Positions 1 through 11,438 of a stretch of DNA of 64,000 bases are shown here, one piece after another. Numbering within the stretch: position 1 is the first letter of the stretch; each line of letters opens with the position of its first letter. Below the pieces are notes generated by a model. The model was given only the letters and a program-made list of their open reading frames with translations. It was not told where the DNA came from and did no database searches. Origin of the DNA: Priapulus caudatus (lineage: Eukaryota); the NCBI RefSeq assembly GCF_000485595.1, contig NW_014577087.1, positions 89,999 through 153,998 of the forward strand, in the 5' to 3' direction. A program made the translations under genes and the position numbers.

Positions 1-1434
1 CTGCGTGCCGTGCGTGCGTGCCGTGCGTGGCGCTCGTGCGCGCTATGTGTGTGTGATGGTGTGTTTGTCCGTGTGGTGCGTGCGTTGTGTCGCGCGCGCG
101 GTGGCGTGCCGCGCGCGCTCGTGAGTGTGAGCGCGCGTGTGGTCCCCGACGTGCACGAATACTCTCATGCGGTCGTAAAGGGAGTATCCAAACAGATTAC
201 CCACTCGACCCCGTATTCATTTTCGAATTAATTTTTTTTAATTTCGAGCACAGAGGATTAACTGAGTCGAAATTTGCAATGAGGGCGTGTAATTAAATAA
301 AACCGATAAGTGGTTATGCTAATTAAAAATGGTTGTCATGGAGTCGTCGCAACCCAGCCCGACGTTCACGCCGGATATCCTGCAGGAAAGTTAGAGTTCA
401 TGTTCGAAACTTTCCAAAAGCTCGATATGGACTATCGTCATCGGGTTGTCGCCTCGTTCTGGCGTCAAAACAACAGCGAACAACGTCGACGGACGCGACT
501 ATAAACGGTGCGACAAGGCGAGAGCTGGATCGCCTTTTGTTTCACACTCGGATGGCATCGAAATGGCGTGCGTGTAAGACGCCGCGTAAGCCATAAACGT
601 GCCGCTAGATGCCGCTGTCGCGCTCAGGATGTTCATTAATCTCTGTTAGGTTAGTGCTTGTAAGCGATAAAAAATCTTCCGAAGAGGAGAAAAATCAATG
701 CGGCGATCTGCCAAGTTATCGGGCAGTATCGTGTGTGAAAGCATTGTTGTAGCGTCGAGGAGTAAACACGTTGCGCATATTTTGTTTGCCAGCGGTTTAT
801 AAGTTATTATTTAGATCGATTTGTACCACAGAACTCTGAGTTTACCGCGAACTTTGATGGGAAATAACATAGCAGTTTCAGACCGGCGCGTCTCAGTTCT
901 CCCATTAATAAAATTAGAAGCATTAATTAGTCATCATCCACGGATCGAAATTTTGGATTAAGTGTTCTTATTGGTTAAATTAGAAAGGATATTACTGAAG
1001 GATTACAAGAATGGGCACTTCGAAGTACGTTGTAGCGTCTTAGACATGCGGTAATATAGCGGTTGGTGACTAGTTTTAATTGACCTTCGCTAGAAATTCC
1101 TTCCTTAAAATGTACGCCGGTTCACTTACGGTCAAGCTGGTACAAAAACGACAAGTTCTTGCTGCACCGTGTTCTCTGTTCAAGCATTCTACGCGTTTTT
1201 TCCGAGCCAGATTTAGTGGTGATTAAGAGAGCTAAATCTACAAAAATCAGAATTTGGTCGTCCTGTAGAGTGGATCTAAAGATTGTGTTCGCCTTTGCCG
1301 GCAGGCGAGTGTAAAGCTTCGGTGGTGCCATATTCGACCCAGAGTTATTAATTGCTGGAAGACCTACGCCACTGAAATACCAAAAGTGTGTCAAACAACG
1401 TTACAAGCGCAATGATTAGATCTATTTCGAATGC

Positions 1435-1438
<4 letters not shown>

Positions 1439-1497
<59 letters not shown>

Positions 1498-1780
1498 CGA
1501 GATGATAACGAATGGTGGGAAGAGAAGCAAGAAAATAAACAAGGAAAGAGGTGAAAGAATGATTGTGGGAAAATACGAAGAACCGGAAAAGGGGAGAGGC
1601 AAGCAGCGGGGAAGGGTGAGGAAGTTTGAGGGCAAGGAGGCGATTTGAGGGGTAAGGTAAGAGCGGGGTGAAGGGATAAGGGAGAGGAGAGGGGGAGAAT
1701 AGGGCAGAGGTGAAGCAAGGGTGAGGAGAGAGACGAGGTGACGCGAAAGGGGGAGCTAAGAGAAGGGGTGAGGGAATGGC
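1439..1780. repeat. (GA)n microsatellite and purine-rich tract
   Basis: Pure (GA)n 1439-1493 followed by G/A-rich low-complexity sequence. Confidence 0.9.
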
Positions 1781-3164
1781 ACCTCGGATCTACCAACCAC
1801 GCTGAGGAAACATTGCATTGCTAGAGGACACTGCGCAAAGGTACATGTGAATTCTCATCCACATTTTACACCACTAATGTAGATTAACGATAACCTACAA
1901 TATATGTGCGTACCCTATCTATATAGCGTATACCTATAACGTATATAATATCATGCACACATGTACGTGCACCCCCAATCTATTATATATTATTGTATAA
2001 AAATCTGTGATACAGCCTAACAATTAATAGCCTACTGTATCCGTGAGTTTTCAGCCACAATATTTACCTACATGCACGTGATGAAACTGACTGATCACCT
2101 GACACCACTATCTATGGATTAACACTATCAATAATGCATATTCTGTGAAGCCTGCTGCTGCCACATTATAGAAGCTGCTGCATAAACATCTAACAAAGTT
2201 ACCGGTTAGTTTATGAATCTATGAAAGATCTGTTACTTAAAACGAAATCTCGGAGTTACGATCGCGGAGCTTAATGTAAAGAGATTTCGTCGAGCTTCTT
2301 GCGGAGGCTGCTGCGAATTAACGATTTGTAGAAAAGATAGTACGGTTGCTTTTAGACAGAACGTGCGAGAAAACACACCATGGCGTCGAAAACACACCAT
2401 GCCGACAAATAGCAATTAGACCGAACTAAACTTTAGTGAAAATATTTCACCGAGAATCGCATGGGAATTTCACGCCGATTTTTACAAATTTAGCTTATAT
2501 CTGATGAGCATAAAAACTATTTGATAATTATAATAATTTAAAAGCTGCGCAATATTGAAAGCACATTAATGATGCCGAGAGCGCCCGCATGGATGTTTTC
2601 AATAATGGAATTTGAGGGCGAGTAAATTTATTAAAGGTCAACGAGTTTGATTCGCGTCGTGACGTGGAGCGCGTAATTCTTCTGTGTACTCTGCGCGCAT
2701 ACGCACAGCGAGTTAATGAGAGGCATCGGATGACATCAGCGTAAGCCCCTAATTGCACGATGTACGAAGAAGCAAATGAAAAATTATTTCGCATTTTTAC
2801 GAACGGTAACTTTGTAACATCCGACGCGTGATCCGAATTCATACCCATAGAATCCCTGCTCGCTTACCGCCAGCCCCTCTTCATTCGCAATTGAGGCTAG
2901 CCGATTGCGAATTCGTATGATTTGGTGAAATTCGCCCGCGATCACGGGATGAACTCGAGCGTAGGCGGTGGCAGCGTGCAGCGTCGTAGAGCGGGGCTAG
3001 ACGAATAGAAGCTATTGCCTGACAGCTACGGCTCGAGCGCTTATAGCGTCAGCTTGCCACCGACCGAGGATCCGCGGGGAATGCGCAACAGGACTTCATC
3101 GCCCCCGCCGCCGCCGCGTGTCAATCTGACGTGTGAAGCTGCTAACATTAGGATACTCTGGCGG

Positions 3165-4130
3165 AGGACGCTGTGGGGAAGGGATGCTGTAGGGAAGATG
3201 CTGTGGGGAGGGATGCTGTCGGAGAGAGGTGCTGTGGGGAGGGATGCTGTCGGGAGGATGCTGTCGGGAGGATGCTGTGATGGAGGGATGCTGTTGGAGA
3301 GGGATGCTGTAGGGAGGATGATGTACAGCATCTCTTCCCACAGCATCCTCCCTACAGCATCCCTCCCCCACAGCATCCCTCCCACAGCATCCTCCCTACA
3401 GCATCCCTCTCCAACAGCATCCCTCCCCCACAGCATCCTCCCTACAGCATCCTCCTTACAGCATCCCTTTCCCACAGCATCCTCCCTACAGCATCCTCCT
3501 TACAGCATCCTCCCTACAGCATCCCTCCCCTACAGCATCTCTCGCCCACAGCATCCTTCCTACAGCATCCCTTCCCCACAGCATCCCTCTCCCACAGCAT
3601 CCCTCCCCCACATCATCCCTCTCCCACAGCATCCCTCCCCACAGCATCCTCCCTACAGCATCCCTCTCCCAAGGATGCTGTGGAGAAGATGCGGTGGAAG
3701 AGGATGTTGAGATGAGAAAGCTGTGGAAACGAAATTATGGGGGAGGATACTGAGGTGGGGATGCTGTAGAGACGCATGCTGTGGGGATAATGCCGTAGGG
3801 ATCGTGCTGATGTGAGGAGTCCCTGAGTAGGATTCTGTGAGGGAAGGCTGTGGAAAAACTGCTCTAGGGGAGGAGGCTGTAGGAAGGATGATGTGGGAAA
3901 GGATGCGGAGATCAAAAAGGCTGCGAGTAGAATGCTGTGGGTGAAGATTCCGAGAGGAGAAGGTTGTGGGTAAACCGCTCTAACAAAGAAGGCTGTGGTA
4001 AGAATAAGGTGGATGAGGTTGTTGTCGAAAGAATGCTGTGGAGGAAGATGCTGAGACGAGGAAACTGTGTGGGAAGATGCTGAAACAAGAATGCTTATTT
4101 GTGTAAGCTGAGATGAGGACGCTGATGCAA
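3165..4130. repeat. 15-16-bp GGATGCTGTGGGGAG minisatellite with an internally inverted segment
   Basis: Forward units about 3165-3322, reverse-complement units (cacagcatccct) about 3325-3669, degenerate forward units about 3672-4130. Confidence 0.9.
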
Positions 4131-4439
4131 TGGTGCGTGCGGTCAGGCGTGAAGCTAAGGTGTGGAAGCGTCGGTGACTACGATCAGCACTACAGCTTCA
4201 TTCACACGTGGTGAAGTCGGATGCGGTTCTCAGCCTCCCACATGAATCTCTCCGTGGGAGTTGTCGGCGTAATAGCTGGTTAGTGCGTGCTGGATTGGGA
4301 GACGCAATCGGCGAGACGAGAACGAGAGTCGGGATGAAGAGCTGGACGTTGCGTGTAGACTGGGCGATAGTGATTGCTATATATGGCAGACCCGCGAAAT
4401 CGGAATAAATTCATATAAATGTTATAGCAGACAGCATCG

Positions 4440-4616
4440 ATGAAGCTGCTGCTGTTTCTGATACTGCTGCTGCTACCTCTTTCTCTCTCTCTCGCTGCTG
4501 CTGCTGCTGCTGCGTCCCTCTCTCTCGCTGCTGCTGCTGCTGCTGCTGCTGCCTCCTCGCTGCTGCTGCTGCTGCTGCCTCCTCGCTGCTGCTGCTGTTG
4601 CCTCTCTCGGTGCTGC

Positions 4617-4652
<36 letters not shown>

Positions 4653-4870
4653 TGCTGCTACTGCTGCTGCTGCCTCTCCCGCTCTCTCGCGCGTCTGCTG
4701 CTGCTGCCTCCTCGCTGCTGCTGCTGCTGCCTCTCTCGGTGCTGCTGCCGCCGCCGCCGCCGTTGCTGTTGGTGGACCTCGATCCCGCTGCTGTTGCTGA
4801 TACTGGTAATGCTCTCGTTGCTGTTGCTGTCGTTGTTGCTGTCGTTGCTCTCTGCTGTTGTTGTTGTTGT

Positions 4871-4903
<33 letters not shown>

Positions 4904-4940
4904 CACTATTGTTATTGTTGTTGTTCCTATTGCTGCTGCT
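4440..4940. repeat. Compound triplet microsatellite (CTG/CCG/GTT)
   Basis: Directly visible; second version at 11126-11500. Confidence 0.95.
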
Positions 4941-7909
4941 ATACGATGGCGATAGCACTTGTGAAGTTCATTATGATCACAACAGCAAAACCAATATACC
5001 CATGACAATTATAGCAGCAAATGAAATAACCAGGCTCATAATGGTTTTTTCACAATATCTGTGACATGATAAACACAAGTGACGCGAAACTCTATCAGCG
5101 ACGGAAAACGGTGTGGGCTGTACTCGACCTTTTCGACGTAGCAGGATATTGCATGACTGTGTTTTAACAAAGAATAGTCTTACATCTAGACATGTACGCT
5201 ACTACTGCGCACTTATTAAACTTTGTTTGTTGTACCATAAAATCTACGTGAAAAAGTAGTGCGGTAGTAAAACAAAATTGCTTCACGGTTTTGACTACAA
5301 AAACACATTATGCGTGTTTTTTTCATTCGCAGCTCGAAATCACACTTTCATCTCCCGGGTTGTTACTACTTGTTTATTTTAATTTTATTTTATTAGTCCT
5401 TCAGGTGGCTGTTATCAGTATGAGTGTCTTTTTATTGCTGCGTCGCAGGCCGTTCATTTTTTATGTAAAATTAATTCGTACAAATATTTGCTTCAGTCGT
5501 AATATAATTATGCGCTCAACCTGAACAATAGTTTAGTGCAGAGCTCAGTTTTCGCTATATATAATACCGCGTAACGCAGAGCGAATGAATTTACACGCTA
5601 ACGTTTTGCAGTATAGGTTTTCGTCTCGTAGCAAGTAGAATTTCGCTTCCATAACAGTTCATTGCTGTAAGAGCAGGACTTGAGCTGTATATTGTCCACT
5701 ACGAGCGACATTCTGAGTGTTCTCTGCGGTGTTTAACACACATCGCACACGTGTCGCAGATGTTGAAGCACGCACGCAGCAAGCTAAATTCTGGCATTTA
5801 TTCGTCTAAACAACGAATAATTGCTCGACCTCAAGAATATCAGCAAAAATTTGCATCTAATTAAAGAGGAAAGCACTTAACCGGTGCGTAACGGGCCATT
5901 GTTGATGGCCACTGCCGAGCTCTCGGGCGTAATGTTTCTCATTCAATTGATGTCCGCGTAATAGCATTTAAATTTTCTCGTTCTGACTTTGTCTGAGCGT
6001 AATTGTCACCAGCGAAATATTCATTACGGATTCATGTCTCCTGCATGCAGAGTCGAGCGACCGGCTTCACGGGGTTAGAGCATGTGCGTTTAAGTATTTA
6101 TTATACGCGGCTGGACGAAAGAGATTTAAAATTTTAAATCGCGCATTCAAAGCGAATCTACTAATTGTGCTCTCTCAAAATAATGGATGCAAATACGAGT
6201 GAAATGGGATTGGTAGTTAAATGGTGGGCTTGCATCTCTAGAGGGGTTTCTGTAAAGAGCAATTAACACTGGTGCGGGAGAAGGGAAATCTGTGCTCTCA
6301 AACAATGGCAAAAACTTGTTGGGAGAGCATTCGCCGGCGCCTTTATGACTCATCTTTACAACTGCAGTGCTAACAGAAACTTGACCCAGAAAGACTGCGA
6401 GGTACTGGCGTTAGTTTTCCGTTTTATTCATATTTAAGGGCCGGTTAGGGTTCAACAGACACGATGAAGATGAGGAATGAAGTCGGGATTTTGTCTATCT
6501 CGAATCCGCCTCATAGCACTCAGTGTGCTTGACGCTGGGCTGTATAGAGAACGCGTAGGAACAATGTTTGCTCGTCGTAGTTGTCCTTCTCTCGTGTTTT
6601 GTTTGACGAGAGTCTATTGATTGATGGATGCTCTTGATTGAAAGTTTAAACCCTCTGCATTGATCACGTTCTATGTCGAGCAAAGTTGACGACATAGTTT
6701 GCGCGCGTTATATCAGTTGATGGAATTCATATTGTATTTTTCATTAGATTTGCTCTTGCGAATATATCCTGGCTGAGGTCTTGCTAGCCTCCGCTGTGCG
6801 CTTTATCACGAAGGCAAAACACACTGCTAGTACGAACTTATACGTATATTGGTGGTGATCATGCGGTTCGTGATACAAAGGTCTTTAATAGTCATCTGTC
6901 GTCCGTCGTGGCCAGAAGCAAGCAAAATTCGGATGAGAAGCACTGTCACGGTAGATCACTTACTCTGCAAACTACGAGAATGTTTGAAAATTGACAGCGT
7001 GTTTCCGAATATTTACCCCGTCAGAGTGTCATCAATCTGCCCTCAGTAAATCTCTACAGCCATTAGTTATAGCCATTCTCATTTCGATCTGGCCATGTAT
7101 GTTTTATGGCGACGTTATATTATGATATCGGCGCGTCATGCGAAAACTGGCAAATTTTGCTGCTGAGGATTCATTCGCCTAGCCTCATCGTATTTCACAC
7201 TCACCCACGCACTGCGTCCATACCCGTAGCTGTCCAGACCGTCCAGGTATGAAATGAAATATATAAACTTTGAAAATGTCTAAAAAGAGGACGGCAACAC
7301 TGGGCAACAAATTGAAGCGATAGTTAATCAAGAAAAAATCGTAATGTTGGCAAGTAATAAATACTACTACTCGGATTAATCTAAGAGTTCCAACTTATCG
7401 GATTAACTATTTTTGTTCTTATCGATATAATCAAGTGGATCATATTAAAACAAAATAATAAAACCTAAAGTTGTAACTGGGGACCTATATAACGCAGCTG
7501 GTCAACTTCTGGATGATGAACTGAGTGATGAAAATATTTATTATTAACTGGGGAATCAATAAGAAAACAAACACACACACGCCATCCAAATACGTACATA
7601 ACATGTCACTGCAATACGCAAACCCATTACAGCAATACACACGCCAATAATAGTTAAACATACGTACGTCATTTAAACCATAGGTCTGCTAACGAAGACT
7701 CTGTTAATGTGTGTGATCGTGCGTTCGTTCGTTCGTGCGTGCGTGCGTGCGTGCCTGCGTTCTCGTGCGTGCGTGCGTGCGCGTATGTGCGCGTGAATTT
7801 AACTATGACCGGAAGCGGAGGTGAATGTTCTCACCATCTGCTCATGTCGTAGCTCTTGTCTGCTATTTTGTGTAACAGTTTCGCAAGATGATTTCGGCCG
7901 TCACTGCGT

Positions 7910-8262
7910 TCGCAGCGCCACCGTGTGTTGTGGCGGCATCGCCACCGTGTTTTGTGGTGGCAGCGCCACCGTGTTTCCGTATTTTGTAGCGACAAAAGCG
8001 CCACAGTGTTTCCGTGTTTTGTGGCGGCAGCGCCACAGTGTTTCCGTGTTTTGTGGCGGCAGCGCCACAGTGTTTCCGTGTTTTGTGGCGGCAGCGCCAC
8101 AGTGTTTCCGTGTTTTGTGGCGGCAGCGCCACAGTGTTTTCGTGTTTTGGGGCGGCAGCGCCACAGTGTTTCCGTGTTTTGTGGCGGCAGCGCCACAGTG
8201 TTTCCGTGTTTTGTGGCGGCAGCGCCACAGTGTTTCCGTGTTTTGTGGCGGCAGCGCCGCCG
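7910..8262. repeat. 32-bp minisatellite (with 24-bp variant units)
   Basis: Unit gtggcggcagcgccacagtgtttccgtgtttt; longer, differently ordered array at 14490-14862. Confidence 0.95.
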
Positions 8263-10224
8263 CTTATGCATAATTTTTGCATGTCGACGGGACGAAGCGT
8301 AATTACTGCCGGTTGTCACCGCGGGTCTTCTTTTCTTGTCTTCTCTACTGGGTGAGTCACTGTTTATCGAACGAGTCTTCTCCGTCTCTTTCACACGCTC
8401 GCGCAGCGCGGTGTCTGATGAGGTACGGCATAGATATACGCGCAGGCCGTGAGTGCAATCCATGCCACAGCTCCGTGTTTTATCCCCCCCCCCCCTTAGC
8501 AGCACGAAACTTAGTACTTAGATTTCGCAGTCTGTACGGGATATTTGAAAAGCTAACGCAATATAGCGCGTGTTTAGTCCTGGATGACGCGTACACATGT
8601 GAAACCAGGCCAGGACCGGTATGATGTCGGATCGCATGTGCAGTCTGTATGGGGAATGTTCTCGCGTTTTTCGTGTGCGTAGGCTCACGACTAGTCACGT
8701 TCTAGTGACGAGAGCCCTGGCGCAGGTGCGCACGCGAGAGAGCGGACGTGGCAATCTGACAATACGCGGCGAGGATGTGAACGTTATCGGGCAGACGTGA
8801 GTCGATGATTCAACACAAGCGTAACGGTGACAAAACGCGCGCGCGTGCGTGCGTGCGTGCGGACATGTGCAGCGTGTATTTGTATGCGTGTAGACGCGTA
8901 TACGTGCGTTCGAGCTTGCGTTCATTCGTTTGCGCATGTGTCGGTGCGTGTCTCTGTGTGTACCCATGGGTGTGCGTGTGCGTATGCGTATGCGTGTGCG
9001 TGTGCGTGTGCGTGTGCGTGTGCGTGGGCCTGCGGCAGTCAATGTACGCGGGCTATAATACTAGAGCTAATAAGGGCCGTGATTGTAAAGCCAAAATTAT
9101 GTGATAAACGTCTTTCGACGCGGCACATCACACACACACACACACAAACACACACTCAGTCACTCACTCACGCACACACGCACGCGTGCGGCAGTCAATG
9201 TACGCGGGCTATAGTACTAGAGCTAGGCCCTTATTAACGTTCACGTTTATTTTTAGTGCAATTTCTAAACATGTATAACAATAATTGAACTAGGCATCCA
9301 TTAAAATTACTGCAGTTGCATTTACAGTAAATAAAGTGTAAAAAAAAGTCGTAAGATTACTTGAGTGCTATTGTTCGTATGATATATGGTGGTCAGTTAT
9401 GCTAGACACGTGCTGTAATGTCTGCTGGTAGCAATAAATTCGACGGTGTCACGTAGTAATCGCATGAACGCATTAAAACGCGTTTAATCACATATTTATG
9501 TTCGTCAATAATTGCATTGCAGTAAATTTTCAGCGGTTTTCACAATTTAAATGCAGGTTGATTGATAATCATCGCCATGTCATAAACTAATTGCGAGCGA
9601 ATTCCCTTCGACCAAGATAACATCGAGCGCCGAGCTTACACGAGACTTACTTGACGATCCCCACACGTCTTATCCCCCAAACACACAGTCACACGCATGT
9701 AGCATGTACGCACGCGTACACTGACGCACGCGTTCACGCGTAAACACACGCTCATACCCACGCGCGTACACACGGACACCGATGCATGCGCGCGCGTGCT
9801 CGCACACGCGCGCCACACACGCACGCACCCACGGCGTTGATGAAATAATGAGCCTCGCCATTCGAAGTTGGAATGACACCTGCCCACTAGCCGCACTGTG
9901 AGGAAGAGCGACAGTCGCGTGCCAGTGGCAGACATGCACTAGCTCCCACGCTGTCATGCCGCTGTCGCGTAGCTGTCAAGATGCCGAGAAAACCGAAATT
10001 ACGTCGGGATTACTCATTCGGCAGGTGCATTACGGCATCAAATCTCACCTGGGTGAGTCACCCCGTGCTACCTTGCGGTGGCAGCGGTGGGTGATGTAGG
10101 CGGATCGTGCAATCATTTCGTGCAGACGAGAGAACATAACTATTGTGAAATCTCGCGCCGGTTAAAATATGGCGTATGATCTCACACAGTAGAGTTTTAG
10201 TATCGCACGATAAAGGTCATGTAA

Positions 10225-10480
10225 TTAAACAACATACAGAGATGGACATATGGTATGGAGCTTTGCAGAAGCATGAAAATGGCATGAAAACACATACAGG
10301 AAATTTCATGGTATGAAACCAACCACATACAAGAAAGGACATGCTATGGAACAACGTATAATGAAGGATATGGTCTGAAAGCACATACAGGTAACGACAT
10401 AGTATAAAATCAATACAGAGAAGTTCATGTTATGAAACCACATACAAGTAAATCCATGCTATGAAACCACGTACAGGATA
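10225..10480. repeat. Degenerate ~30-bp tandem repeat (catg.tatgaaac.acatacag)
   Basis: About 8 diverged units; also at about 23755-24005 and 16900-17160. Confidence 0.7.
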
Positions 10481-11031
10481 AAACCTATTACACGATCAAC
10501 ACGATAGCTTCGAAGATTCACGCGAGGACAAAGTGGCGAAAACAAGCTCATTATGAATGCAAACCTTTGTCCAGACGCAGCAGGGCTAGTGTGTACTTAG
10601 TGTGCGCGGTTTCGCAAACATTGGGAAATATAATGCTGCCCGTTCAGAATAAAAAAAACCGCTTGACCTCGCGTGAAGAGAAATGGATTATTTTTCGCCA
10701 TTAATGCATCACTTCTGATAAATTTCTGAAGAGCTTTATTCATCGCACCGTCAATGAAAATACCACTTTAGCTATTTCCGATGCAAGAAAAAAAGGTTCA
10801 AGGAATATTTTCATTGGAAATGAGGTCGGGACCGATAAAAAAATAAACAAATAACCGACGCTATTTCAAAGACTCTTCCCCGGCAACAAACGTCGATTGC
10901 GTCACTTTTTTGTGTCACATCTCTTTTCGCCGCCTTCGCTTTTTGTCGCGCTTTCACCATGGCGACTGGAACAGAGCACATTGTTTGCAAGCGGATTTGC
11001 ATTATAGCTCATTAATTATTCCGCCATTGGT

Positions 11032-11115
<84 letters not shown>

Positions 11116-11125
11116 NNNNNNNNNN

Positions 11126-11404
11126 TGCTGCTGCTGCCTCCTCGCTGCTGCTGCTGCTGCCTCTCCCGCTCTCTCGCGCGTCTGCTGCTGCTGCCTCCTC
11201 GCTGCTGCTGCTGCTGCCTCTCCCGCTCTCTCGCGCGTCTGCTGCTGCTGCCTCCTCGCTGCTGCTGCTGCTGCCTCTCTCGGTGCTGCTGCCGCCGCCG
11301 CCGCCGTTGCTGCTGGTGGACCTCCCGCTGCTGTTGCTGTTACTGGTAATGCTCTCGTTGCTGTTGCTGTCGTTGTTGCTGTCGTTGCTCTCTGCTGTTG
11401 TTGT

Positions 11405-11438
<34 letters not shown>

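Larger units (their letters stand above)
4660..11115 (+). repeat. Large duplicated block, copy 1 (A+B)
   Basis: Near-identical to 11126-17760 at offset about 6562-6580 (e.g. ORFs 5291/11853, 6147/12709, 6495/13057 repeat). Confidence 0.95.

Noticed and set aside
3015..3710. 231-aa ORF with repetitive PTASL motifs
   Set aside because: Non-ATG start and open only because the minisatellite lacks stops; overlapping ORFs exist on the other strand.
7470..7547. Peptide VVTGDLYNAAGQLLDDELSDENIYY faintly like a hAT dimerisation motif, with ggcaacactg nearby
   Set aside because: Too short, key residues missing, and no partner TIR or TSD found.
7821..8505. Cluster of overlapping ORFs, or a CRISPR-like 32-bp repeat
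   Set aside because: Units are head-to-tail with no unique spacers and no cas genes; this is a eukaryotic minisatellite open in many frames.
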